The notes below the pieces were generated by a model. That model had not been told where the DNA came from and did no database searches. It saw nothing but the letters and a program-made list of their open reading frames with translations. Below, one piece after another: positions 9,040-17,801 of a DNA stretch of 64,000 nt. Source of the stretch: a virus; IMG/VR virus record IMGVR_UViG_3300035670_000112, positions 1-64,000 of that record. One strand, given 5' to 3'. Every line of letters starts with the position of its first letter. The stretch's first letter is position 1. Both the position numbers and the translations under genes were made by a program.

Positions 9040-9270
9040 ATGACAATAGAATTTAACTTTTACAAAAGCTGGTATGCAGGATTTCGCTTCAAAGATTTGT
9101 TGCCAATATTCAGCTTCACCAAAAATGTTCAGGGCTGGTCATACACTCGTGTATGGTCATTGAATTGGTTTACTTGTGCAGTTTCGTTTCGCCTAATAAA
9201 AAGAAGCGATTTGAACGAAGATAGAAGCGTTTCTCATGAGAAGCATGTCAAACGATATATGGTGTCATAG
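9040..9270 (+). CDS. Cassette 4 hypothetical protein
   Basis: 76-aa aromatic-rich ORF between sites 3 and 4. Confidence 0.65.
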   Translation: MTIEFNFYKSWYAGFRFKDLLPIFSFTKNVQGWSYTRVWSLNWFTCAVSFRLIKRSDLNEDRSVSHEKHVKRYMVS

Positions 9271-9276
9271 CCTGAC

Positions 9277-9406
9277 CGGTAACGTAAAATGTATGAGCAG
9301 TAGCCGATTTCAAAGCACTGACTTATCTTTACGCTAAAATATTAATTAGAAGCAATAGCTTAAATAAGCCCACTGACACGGCTATTGCTTATAAATAGTG
9401 TTATGT
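9277..9406 (+). repeat. attC-like site 4
   Basis: CGGTAAC-GTAAA-ATGTATGAGCAGTAGCCG ... CGGCTATTGCTTATAAAT-AGT-GTTATGT. Confidence 0.78.
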
Positions 9407-9418
9407 GGCGTTATTATT

Positions 9419-9640
9419 ATGAAAATACATTGGATGAATAAAAAGTTGTATATAACAACAGCAAAACCCATTAAAGAAAATGACTTGTATTTAGACGATT
9501 TGGTACACCCAAGTTTAATACAGTATCCATTAGTAATGTGGGGTTTTGCGGATGGAGATAAACGAAAGGTAATACAAAGCCATAGTGGAACAACAAGCCC
9601 CGTAAGTTGTAGTAGAAGAATATTGTTAGTGATTGGCTAA
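9419..9640 (+). CDS. Cassette 5 hypothetical protein
   Basis: MKIHWMNKKLYIT...; stop just before site 5. Confidence 0.6.
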   Translation: MKIHWMNKKLYITTAKPIKENDLYLDDLVHPSLIQYPLVMWGFADGDKRKVIQSHSGTTSPVSCSRRILLVIG

Positions 9641-9644
9641 TGCC

Positions 9645-9778
9645 ACATAACGTGCCGCAGCTTGACGCTGTTGGCGATTTAAACTACTAAACTTTAATTA
9701 AAAAACAAATACTTAATATGAGTACAAAAGATAAATTGAAAAACGAAGCCGCCAATAGCGTTCAAGGTGCTGTTAGCA
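9645..9778 (+). repeat. attC-like site 5
   Basis: ACATAAC-G-TGCC-GCAGCTTGACGCTGTTGGCG ... CGCCAATAGCGTTCAAGGTGC-T-GTTAGCA. Confidence 0.8.
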
Positions 9779-10137
9779 GCAGTGCTTTGCGTTACAATGG
9801 AGGTAAATTGCGTTGGTCGCTTGTTGACTTTGATGCCTTAGAAGATATGGTTAAAGTGCTTGAATTTGGGGCTAAAAAGTATGCAGACAATAACTGGAAG
9901 AAAGGGCTTAAAACACCCGAAATATTTGAAAGTATGATGCGTCACATGACAGCATACATAAGGGGTGAAGATATAGACCCTGAAAGTGGATTACCACACA
10001 CAGGGCATATACTTTGCAATGCAATGTTCTTATCATATATGCAGCGTTTTAAGCCCGATTTTGATACAAGGCACAAAGACAAAAACAAGCGATGCTGTGG
10101 TAATTGGGATGAAAATGGTGTGTGTACGTGTCCGTAG
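9718..10137 (+). CDS. Cassette 6 dATP/dGTP diphosphohydrolase-like protein (DUF5664 family)
   Basis: RYNGGKLRWSLV...VLEFGAKKYADNNWKKG...MRH...GEDIDPESGLPHTGHILCNAMFL matches the family signature. Confidence 0.8.
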   Translation: MSTKDKLKNEAANSVQGAVSSSALRYNGGKLRWSLVDFDALEDMVKVLEFGAKKYADNNWKKGLKTPEIFESMMRHMTAYIRGEDIDPESGLPHTGHILCNAMFLSYMQRFKPDFDTRHKDKNKRCCGNWDENGVCTCP

Positions 10138-10143
10138 CATTGC

Positions 10144-10271
10144 TGCTAACGGTCGAGTGTATGAACCGTTGCGTGATTGAAACAATAAACTTAAAAATAC
10201 AGATATGTTTAATAGAAAAAAGAAACTTGGCAGACGCACTATAAAGCAATGGTTTATACACATTGTTAGGC
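10144..10271 (+). repeat. attC-like site 6
   Basis: TGCTAAC-GGTCGA-GTGTATGAACCGTTGC ... GCAATGGTTTATACAC-ATT-GTTAGGC. Confidence 0.8.
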
Positions 10272-10441
10272 GTTTGTTGCGGAAAGAATACTGCAAGGTT
10301 TGTGGACAAGAACTGACTGAAATTAGAGGTCGATACCCTAAAGAACCAAGAAGGAAAGTATGTGCTTGTTGTGCTACTGAAAAACTTGAATGGATAAATG
10401 AACAGAATAATGTTGAGGCGAAATGTAGCAATAACGCCTAA
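10205..10441 (+). CDS. Cassette 7 zinc-ribbon protein
   Basis: CKVC...CACC. The start is in the loop of site 6 and the stop is in GCCTAAC of site 7. Confidence 0.65.
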   Translation: MFNRKKKLGRRTIKQWFIHIVRRLLRKEYCKVCGQELTEIRGRYPKEPRRKVCACCATEKLEWINEQNNVEAKCSNNA

Positions 10442-10567
10442 CGTATCGGTGCTTGGCGAAGGCTGGGCATTAATAGTACAAAACTTTAAATTTAAAACAA
10501 ATGATTGTAGATAGCACAAACGTTGATTTAGCACAGAAGCCCAGCTTTTGCCAAACACCTGTTATAA
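10436..10567 (+). repeat. attC-like site 7
   Basis: GCCTAAC-G-TATC-GGTGCTTGGCGAAGGCTGGGC ... GCCCAGCTTTTGCCAAACACC-T-GTTATAA. Confidence 0.82.
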
Positions 10568-10815
10568 GCCGTTTTTCTATTCCTGAAACATTGGAATTGA
10601 TTAAGGAGCAAACAGGTTTAAAGTTGGAATTATGCGACTATTTCACAGGCATAAAAGAACATAACGAAAGAAAGTATTTCAATGTGATTTTGCCACAAAG
10701 AACGAGCGAATCAAAAGAGTATGGCATCTTAAAAAGGTTTGCTGATAAATACAAATTAATTTCAGTTGATCCAAATGGATTGAAGCGAGTGGCTGTCTTT
10801 CAAAATGGCTTATAA
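10501..10815 (+). CDS. Cassette 8 hypothetical protein
   Basis: 104-aa ORF starting in the loop of site 7; stop inside TTATAAC of the terminal half site. Confidence 0.65.
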   Translation: MIVDSTNVDLAQKPSFCQTPVISRFSIPETLELIKEQTGLKLELCDYFTGIKEHNERKYFNVILPQRTSESKEYGILKRFADKYKLISVDPNGLKRVAVFQNGL

Positions 10816-10816
10816 C
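10802..10816 (+). repeat. Terminal half site (left arm only)
   Basis: AAAATGGCTTATAAC complements GTTATAAGCCGTTTT at 10561, but no inner stem follows. Confidence 0.65.
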
Positions 10817-10846
10817 ATCTGATATGTACATAAAGACTAAAGCAAA

Positions 10847-11071
10847 ATGCATTCAATATCAACTACTTACGATTTAAAGTGGCGACATAAAGAAGCTAAC
10901 GAATACCAGTTTGATTCTGATGGCATCTGCATAAACACCAAGAGAGGCAGAATAGTCAGACAGGTATTGAACGGACGTTCCAAAGGATTCTGCATACGCG
11001 GAAAGTTCGTGTCATTGACTTCGCTAAGACCGAAACTGGAGAAGATACCCAACATTGAATGTCCCTTCTGA
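10847..11071 (+). CDS. Hypothetical basic protein
   Basis: 74-aa ORF at the start of a run of overlapping small genes. Confidence 0.6.
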   Translation: MHSISTTYDLKWRHKEANEYQFDSDGICINTKRGRIVRQVLNGRSKGFCIRGKFVSLTSLRPKLEKIPNIECPF

Positions 11072-11258
11072 TGAGATACGCCTACGCCTACGTTCTGACC
11101 TGTGTCGTTTATCCGCTTTGGATAATTGCAACATGGCAAGAACCTAAGAAAGAACAACCTAAGTACGAACCCGAATACATTTGTGATTGCGGGGCGCGTG
11201 ACTTGAAGAGATGGAACGACCCTGAGAAACTAACTATTAACACTATAAACGGAACGTT

Positions 11259-11576
11259 ATGACACTAACAGGGGAAGCAAAAGAGCAGTTTGAACACTAC
11301 TTAGCTGGTGTTTTTAAACGTGGTTATTCATCATGGAGTAGGCATACTGATTTTTACTCGCTGCCCGAAGCAATGCAATGGGGAATGTATCAGGACTTCG
11401 CTGATTCGGTCGGGATTGACATGAACACAGACGCGTCTTTGGAACAAGACTCATATTGGTATCTTTTTTACATGAAAGACCAAAAGTTCAACAACTTAGA
11501 TGATATCTGTTTCAAGACCCGCCAAGAAGCCCGCGAAGCAGCCATTAAGAAACTTGATGAAATACTGAACAAATGA
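11259..11576 (+). CDS. Hypothetical protein
   Basis: 105 aa; ATGA overlaps with neighbours. Confidence 0.7.
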   Translation: MTLTGEAKEQFEHYLAGVFKRGYSSWSRHTDFYSLPEAMQWGMYQDFADSVGIDMNTDASLEQDSYWYLFYMKDQKFNNLDDICFKTRQEAREAAIKKLDEILNK

Positions 11577-11938
11577 GAAAGACTCTACACAAATACCTGA
11601 AAAGCCAATACGAGGGTTTTTATGACGGTTCAGGCCTATTCGACATTGATTCAGCGTTTACAGAATGCTACAAATACGCTGAACTGACTAACAGAAAGCC
11701 GAAGTTTGAGGACTTCATCGGAGAGAATGCAATATTCAAAGGTGAGTGGGAAATTTTTTACCAAGAAGACGAGTTCATTCAACTGAGGTGTAATGGCGTG
11801 TCTTGGGACGTAATAATACGAAATGATGACGCAGTAAGCGTGATTCGCTGGAAAACCAAAACGAAATATGATGAGGTTAAGGTCAGCCAAATAGAAGAAC
11901 TCCCCCGCGAGATTGAATTTAAAGAAAACGCGATATGA
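11573..11938 (+). CDS. Hypothetical protein
   Basis: 121 aa; ATGA coupled. Confidence 0.7.
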   Translation: MRKTLHKYLKSQYEGFYDGSGLFDIDSAFTECYKYAELTNRKPKFEDFIGENAIFKGEWEIFYQEDEFIQLRCNGVSWDVIIRNDDAVSVIRWKTKTKYDEVKVSQIEELPREIEFKENAI

Positions 11939-12144
11939 AAAAGACACTAGCACTACTACTATTATTATTTCTTGCAATAACTGGTTGTGAAACCGTACCA
12001 AAAAGACCTTACATCATAACGGGAAAGTATTGTAGTAATTCCGAATGCTCTATCTGTGATTTTTACTATACATCAAGAGATCAACAACGAATTCGTTTTA
12101 ACGAGCCTTGTATCAATTACACCATTGGAGACACGATAAAATGA
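11935..12144 (+). CDS. Putative lipoprotein
   Basis: MKKTLALLLLLFLAITGC signal peptide with lipobox. Confidence 0.7.
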   Translation: MKKTLALLLLLFLAITGCETVPKRPYIITGKYCSNSECSICDFYYTSRDQQRIRFNEPCINYTIGDTIK

Positions 12145-12371
12145 AAAAGACAGCATTACAACAGTTGATTGATAGACTCAATTCGCTAAAAGAAGATTGT
12201 ACTGACGAGTTTGGAAATGTCCATTCACAAGCTATTGTAGTTTATGGTGTCGCTATCGACCAAGCAACCGAACTACTCGAAACCGAACGGGAACAGATTG
12301 AGGAGGCTTATGATGCTGGATTCGGCAAATTCAATTCAAGTGAACAATACTACAAAGACACGTACAAATGA
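12141..12371 (+). CDS. Hypothetical protein
   Basis: MKKTALQQLID...EREQIEEAYDAG...EQYYKDTYK; ATGA coupled. Confidence 0.7.
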   Translation: MKKTALQQLIDRLNSLKEDCTDEFGNVHSQAIVVYGVAIDQATELLETEREQIEEAYDAGFGKFNSSEQYYKDTYK

Positions 12372-12556
12372 GAAACATTGAAGATAGCCTATCTGAGATA
12401 AGTGGTTCAATTAACTACATCAGCTTTTTTCTATTCATAATTGTTCTTCAAGGATGCTTCGGATGCAACAGGTGCAAGCATGAAAAGGAATTACCTGAGA
12501 AGGAGAAGAAGGAAATCAATTGGAGTGAGGAATGGCAAAAAATCAAGTACAAATGA
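12368..12556 (+). CDS. Small membrane protein
   Basis: One hydrophobic segment; ATGA coupled. Confidence 0.6.
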   Translation: MRNIEDSLSEISGSINYISFFLFIIVLQGCFGCNRCKHEKELPEKEKKEINWSEEWQKIKYK

Positions 12557-12900
12557 AAACACGCGAAGAAATAGAAGCAATTGCGCTTGAGTTCTATCCA
12601 GTTAGGCTCGACTTCCACAAGAACGACACGAACCAGTCACATAGGACATCTTTTGTGTTTGGGTGGCAACTTTGCCAAAAACACTACGAGCAGAACATGA
12701 TTGAGATGGGAAAGGAACACGATACGATGACAGAAGCCGAGGCGCAAGCGTTGGAAGATGATAGGGTTATACTGTTCGAGGGAGACTTCCGTGTAAATCA
12801 TTGCGTATCGGACGACTATCGCTCTTATATTGCAAAGGATGGTTATGTTTGGGAAACGCGGAACAACGGCAAAGAGTGCTACTTGGTAAGGGATAAATGA
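12553..12900 (+). CDS. Hypothetical protein
   Basis: MKTREEIEAIA...; ATGA coupled. Confidence 0.65.
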   Translation: MKTREEIEAIALEFYPVRLDFHKNDTNQSHRTSFVFGWQLCQKHYEQNMIEMGKEHDTMTEAEAQALEDDRVILFEGDFRVNHCVSDDYRSYIAKDGYVWETRNNGKECYLVRDK

Positions 12901-13073
12901 TCGTATGAGATCAATGGAGGATGCCGAAAATCCATAAAGAGTAGGCGATCAATATAAAACGACAGTATCATGGATGATGAATCGTATTACAGTGAAGAGG
13001 ATCACATTGAAGACCTGAACAATGAGATCCGAGAGGAGATAATTCAGGAATTGTTCAACGATAATGACGACAT

Positions 13074-13316
13074 GTGATGAAAGCAGGGGGAGATCTGTAC
13101 AATACCCATGTCACAGTGGGCATATGCAGCATGGTGAGCAGTGATCAGATGCATCTGAACAATATCACATTCACTCCATCCACAGTGACAGCTTACGCTG
13201 AACATCTGATCGAGGAGATGGATGATATACTCTTCAGAGGAAAGGACGACTCCGATCTGATCGCTCTCATAGAGATGCACAATATCACAATGATGTCACT
13301 TATTAGGATGAATTGA
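13074..13316 (+). CDS. Hypothetical protein
   Basis: 80-aa ORF in a co-oriented run. Confidence 0.55.
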   Translation: MMKAGGDLYNTHVTVGICSMVSSDQMHLNNITFTPSTVTAYAEHLIEEMDDILFRGKDDSDLIALIEMHNITMMSLIRMN

Positions 13317-13319
13317 GAC

Positions 13320-13583
13320 ATGGCAGAAAGATTTGACATAGGCATGGTGATAAGCACCAGTACGGGGAAGAAGGTCCTTGCAGTACAGAAACTTACAAAT
13401 GATCCGATAGTGTTCAGACAGTCGTTACAGAACAATGAGAGCTTCATAAGGCTTGACGGTCCCATTGGGACCACGTTCAACTATGTGACACTCGAGTACT
13501 ACGGATCGGATCTTAAAATTCTAAAAAAATTCAAGAACAATGGCAAAGGATATCAATGGAATACCACTGAAGGTGGGAGATGA
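13320..13583 (+). CDS. Hypothetical protein
   Basis: 87-aa ORF. Confidence 0.6.
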   Translation: MAERFDIGMVISTSTGKKVLAVQKLTNDPIVFRQSLQNNESFIRLDGPIGTTFNYVTLEYYGSDLKILKKFKNNGKGYQWNTTEGGR

Positions 13584-13929
13584 GGTCACCTGTGAAGTGA
13601 GTTCGATAATCATGGCACCGTGCTGTACACATCCCTTTGAGCGTCCTTCCAGGATAGCTCCCAAGAAAAGGGAGGAACTGTCACTGCATCCCAATGATGA
13701 CATCGATACGGTGATCATCAAACGTTTCAACAATGCTGTAAGGAATGCCAAGATGCACAGGGATGTCATAATAGGGAGAAGATCCCTTTCGGACAATGTG
13801 AAACTGAAGACCTTCGTCATCTCGGAGATCAGTGGAGAGCATATCATGTTCAAAAATCCTTCAGATGTGAAGCATTCCTTCATGAAACTGAAGCATTATC
13901 ATCCATCTGTAAAATTCAAGAAAAGATGA
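13540..13929 (+). CDS. Hypothetical protein
   Basis: 129 aa; begins KDINGIPLKVGDEV. Confidence 0.65.
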   Translation: MAKDINGIPLKVGDEVTCEVSSIIMAPCCTHPFERPSRIAPKKREELSLHPNDDIDTVIIKRFNNAVRNAKMHRDVIIGRRSLSDNVKLKTFVISEISGEHIMFKNPSDVKHSFMKLKHYHPSVKFKKR

Positions 13930-14378
13930 TGAAGGAGGAATTCATGCATATGGTGAACGCCATAGGAGAGTTCATTCATGAGGACATACTTGTGCAGACA
14001 CCTCCTGTGTATGTGCCGAACAGGACATTCATCATGGAGGACAGCGAAGGACGTAGGAGTACTGCGACCTTCCGTTACATACTGAACGATGCCGTCTCTC
14101 TCACTGTAGGGGATGGTCAAGTTACAATGGGTCTTTCGGAATACAATGGTCACAGTTTCTTCATTCCCACTACAGTGAATGACGTGATCGCATCACATCA
14201 TCTCCATGATGTAAGACAGGCGATGGACCGTGTAAGGCATCTGTCATCAATAGTGGATGAGAACAGGCTGGAAGCACTCATAAGGGCAGGTCTGGTCAAT
14301 AGTTCCTTCACACAGGAGCAGAGAGTGAAGTTGATAGAATCTCTCAATGTGTTGAGGGACATGATGACAGTGAGTTGA
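13926..14378 (+). CDS. Hypothetical protein
   Basis: 150 aa, directly upstream of polA. Confidence 0.65.
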   Translation: MMKEEFMHMVNAIGEFIHEDILVQTPPVYVPNRTFIMEDSEGRRSTATFRYILNDAVSLTVGDGQVTMGLSEYNGHSFFIPTTVNDVIASHHLHDVRQAMDRVRHLSSIVDENRLEALIRAGLVNSSFTQEQRVKLIESLNVLRDMMTVS

Positions 14379-14379
14379 T

Positions 14380-16377
14380 ATGATAGTACTTCATTCAGAA
14401 CAGATGTTCACAGAACCCCTTGAAGGGATCGAATGTGTCGACCTTGAGGGACTGTTGGACATATTGGATGGTATGAAGGGTGATATAGGGGTCGATACTG
14501 AGACAACGGGATTCGACCCCTATACGAACCGTCTTCTTACCGTTCAGATAGGGAATGCATCGGTACAGACCGTCATTTCCAGTGGAATGCTCACGGACAG
14601 GTTGAAAGGATATCTCAGGACATTCTTCAGATCATCCGAAAGGACGTTCATATTCCATAATGCCAAGTTCGATCTGAGATTCCTCATGCTATTGGACATA
14701 TGGCCTGAAAGGGTCTATGACACCTTCCTTGCAGAGAGTGTGATATATCAGGGCATACGATGGGACAGACATCCCAAAGGTCTTGCTGACGTGACACGTA
14801 AGTACTGCTCTGCAGAACTTGACAAGAGCATCCGTGGGAACATCCACTGGAAAGGACTGTCAACCGATGTCATAGAGTACGCTGCCAATGATGTGAAGTA
14901 TCTGCCTGCCATCAAGGACGGACAGATGCTAAGGATCTCAAGTGAAGGGCTCGAGAGGGTGACGGAACTTGAGAACCGTTTCGTCAAAGTGCTTGCATAC
15001 ATAGAGATGTCAGGAATGTTACTGGATGTCGAACCCTGGAAGAGAAGGATAGAGGAGGACAGGAAGGAACTGACAGCAAAGGTCATAGAGCTTGACCGTA
15101 TGGTCACCGAGGATCCGAGATTCCACAGGTATGTGGATGTACAGCTCGATCTGTTCTGCAATGATCCCAGAAGCAATATCAACTGGTCATCCCCTGCACA
15201 GTGTGTAAGATTCTTCAATGATCTCGGATGCGATCTGAGAACGAAGGACAGACTTACAGGTGAATGGAAGGACTCAGTGGATGCCAAGGTGCTGACACCT
15301 CAGAGGCATCTGCATCCGATAATTGACGTGTATCTGGAATACAAGGGCATAGACAAGCTCATAAGCACCTATGGTGACAACTGGATCGATCAGATAAATC
15401 CTGTCACAGGCAGGATACATACGCAATTCAAGCAGATGATCGATACTGCCCGACTGAGCTCAGGGGGGAAAAACAGCAAAACGAGGGAGCAGTACATCAA
15501 TTTCCTCAACATACCTCAGGACAACAGGATCCGTAATTGCATCATTCCCAGCAATGGATATGTATTCGTAGATGCGGACTACAGCGGTCAGGAATCCGTT
15601 GTACTTGCAAACAAGTCGATGGAACCCAACCTTATTCAGTTCTACAATGAGGACGGAGGGGATCTGCACAGCTTTGTTGCAAGTAAGATCTATCCTGAAT
15701 GTGCTTCAGTTCCCCTGAGTGAGGTGAAGACGAAATTCAAGGCTCAGAGGCAGAATGCAAAGGCAGCGAACTTCGCTATAGCCTATGGGGGTGTAGGAGC
15801 TACCATTGCAAGCAATCTCTCCATACCTATAGAGGATGGTGACCGTGTGTATGAGGCATACCTGAATGCATTCCCTAAATTGAAACAGTACTTTGCTGAA
15901 GAGAAGGCAAAAGTGCTCAAGAACGGTTACATACTCACTGACAATGTGTCGATGAGGCGTATCTATGCTGACAGTTTTGAGGAATACCTTGATCTGAAGG
16001 AGAGACTGACACCTGAATTCTGGGATGCATACCGTGAGAACAGGACTGAAGAGAGAAAACAGCTTGTAAGTCGTTTTTACCGGATAAAGGGAGAGATGGA
16101 ACGCATGGCACTCAATTACCCGATACAGAGCACATCGGCCTCAATAACCAAATTCGCCTGCATACTCGTTTATAGACAGATAGAGCGTGACAACAGACAG
16201 TTCGAGATACTGTTCCCGAATGTAGTTCACGATCAACTCATACTTGAGGTGCCTGAAGATGAGGCATCCCATTGGGCGGATACTGTGAAGGAATGCATGG
16301 AGAGAGCGGGTGATCTCTTCTGCAGGACGGTCAAATTGAAAGCAGAACCTGTAGTGTTAAGAAAATGGGAGAAATGA
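14380..16377 (+). CDS. polA: DNA polymerase family A with 3'-5' exonuclease
   Basis: ExoI DTETTG, ExoII HNAKFD, ExoIII YAANDV; motif A DADYSGQE, motif B RQNAKAANFAIAYG, motif C VHDQ. Confidence 0.95.
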   Translation: MIVLHSEQMFTEPLEGIECVDLEGLLDILDGMKGDIGVDTETTGFDPYTNRLLTVQIGNASVQTVISSGMLTDRLKGYLRTFFRSSERTFIFHNAKFDLRFLMLLDIWPERVYDTFLAESVIYQGIRWDRHPKGLADVTRKYCSAELDKSIRGNIHWKGLSTDVIEYAANDVKYLPAIKDGQMLRISSEGLERVTELENRFVKVLAYIEMSGMLLDVEPWKRRIEEDRKELTAKVIELDRMVTEDPRFHRYVDVQLDLFCNDPRSNINWSSPAQCVRFFNDLGCDLRTKDRLTGEWKDSVDAKVLTPQRHLHPIIDVYLEYKGIDKLISTYGDNWIDQINPVTGRIHTQFKQMIDTARLSSGGKNSKTREQYINFLNIPQDNRIRNCIIPSNGYVFVDADYSGQESVVLANKSMEPNLIQFYNEDGGDLHSFVASKIYPECASVPLSEVKTKFKAQRQNAKAANFAIAYGGVGATIASNLSIPIEDGDRVYEAYLNAFPKLKQYFAEEKAKVLKNGYILTDNVSMRRIYADSFEEYLDLKERLTPEFWDAYRENRTEERKQLVSRFYRIKGEMERMALNYPIQSTSASITKFACILVYRQIERDNRQFEILFPNVVHDQLILEVPEDEASHWADTVKECMERAGDLFCRTVKLKAEPVVLRKWEK

Positions 16378-17609
16378 GAAAAATGAACATTGACATCAGA
16401 AAGAGAGAGATACAGTCCGATGCGGTAAAGGCATGGAAGGAAGCTGACATGATCGGTACGATAGAACTTGCCACAGGAATGGGCAAGACCTTCATCTCCC
16501 TTGACTGCATGTCCGAACTGCCGAAGGGCAGTAAGGTACTGTTCCTTGCAGAGACCACCCAACGTGAGGTGGATCTCATGGAGGACATACGCAGATACAG
16601 GGAACTGTTCGGTGTGGACATACTCTCACATGTCGATCTTGAGTTCGCCTGCTATCAGTCAGCATGCAGATGGAAGGGAAGGAAATTCGATCTTGTCTGT
16701 GCGGATGAAATTCATGATTCCATTTCGGAGGTGTACATGCAGTTCTACCGTAACAACCGTTATGACAGACTGCTCGGACTCAGTGCGACAGTAAGATCGT
16801 CAAGGACATATGTCATAGACGGGGTCGAGATGAGCAAGGAGGTCATTCTGGACGATATAGCACCTGTATGTTTCACCTATGACGTAGGTGACGGTCAACG
16901 TGACGGTACGGGCAGAAGACTCGATTTCCATGTGATCTACCATCATCTCGACAGGGAGACAAGGAATATCCCTGGAGGGAACGACAGGGCAAGATTCATG
17001 TCAACTGAGGAAAAGACATACAGATACTATGACGATCTGTTCTGGCAGGGAGTGTACAGTAAGAAGGACTTCCTTGTCAAGAGAGCGATGTCCTCACGTG
17101 CAAAACTACTGTATTCCCTTCCCTCGAAAGTGGCAGCGGTCAGAAAACTGTTGGGCATCATCGATGGGAAGACCGTACTGTTCAGCAATGATCTCGATTC
17201 CCTCGAGACGATAACCCCCAATGTCGTGAGATCGCCCAGAAAGGGTGAAGCGAAGAAGGAACGGGATGCGATGAACATGCGCATCAGGAACGATTTCGAT
17301 CTCAACAGGATAAGGGATATAGGCTCATTCAAGATGTTGAAACAGGGTGCGAATCTGAAGGAGGCAGACAATGTGATACTCATATCGTATTACAGTACAC
17401 TGTTGGACCTTGTTCAGAAGATAGGGAGATTACGTAAGAACGGTGAGAAACGTGGCAATGTATATATACTGGTCACCGTAGGTACACAGGAACAGAAATG
17501 GTTCGACAGAATGACAGAATCGTTCCCTATGGAACAGTTCAACGTGACGACATACATGAGCATGGATCACTTTGTGAAGGAACACGCGAGGGCCTGTTGT
17601 TCCAAATGA
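16374..17609 (+). CDS. Superfamily 2 (DEAD/DEAH-like) helicase
   Basis: ATGMGKT (Walker A), DEIH, LSAT, QKIGR. Confidence 0.9.
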   Translation: MRKMNIDIRKREIQSDAVKAWKEADMIGTIELATGMGKTFISLDCMSELPKGSKVLFLAETTQREVDLMEDIRRYRELFGVDILSHVDLEFACYQSACRWKGRKFDLVCADEIHDSISEVYMQFYRNNRYDRLLGLSATVRSSRTYVIDGVEMSKEVILDDIAPVCFTYDVGDGQRDGTGRRLDFHVIYHHLDRETRNIPGGNDRARFMSTEEKTYRYYDDLFWQGVYSKKDFLVKRAMSSRAKLLYSLPSKVAAVRKLLGIIDGKTVLFSNDLDSLETITPNVVRSPRKGEAKKERDAMNMRIRNDFDLNRIRDIGSFKMLKQGANLKEADNVILISYYSTLLDLVQKIGRLRKNGEKRGNVYILVTVGTQEQKWFDRMTESFPMEQFNVTTYMSMDHFVKEHARACCSK

Positions 17610-17785
17610 TCCTTGATGCGATGTACAATTACATGATCGACAGTGATGATCATAAGGGTATTGCAGATGCCATAAACATGGTCGAAGGTGCATATACCAC
17701 ATGCGAAAGTGAGGTGAAGGAGGTCCTTGGGATCTTCTCTCCCACATTCGGGGATATCAATATACTTACACTTTACTATAGATGA
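17606..17785 (+). CDS. Hypothetical protein
   Basis: MILDAMYNY..., ATGA-coupled to the helicase stop. Confidence 0.5.
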   Translation: MILDAMYNYMIDSDDHKGIADAINMVEGAYTTCESEVKEVLGIFSPTFGDINILTLYYR

Positions 17786-17801
17786 AAGACGTAAAAGTAT
17801 A

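Larger units (their letters stand above)
7932..10816 (+). mobile_element. Integron-like gene-cassette array (8 cassettes, 7 full attC-like sites plus a terminal half site; no integrase in window)
   Basis: Eight co-oriented short ORFs. Seven are followed by an imperfect palindrome AAC-G-N(3-4)-stem...stem-T-GTT and the eighth by a half site. Each cassette's first bases (GTT...) complement its own last bases (...AAC). Confidence 0.8.

Noticed and set aside
7932-10816. CRISPR array, REP elements or plain terminators as an explanation of the palindromes
   Set aside because: The units are not identical repeats, the spacers are whole genes, there are no U-tracts, and the complementarity is offset between neighbouring sites.
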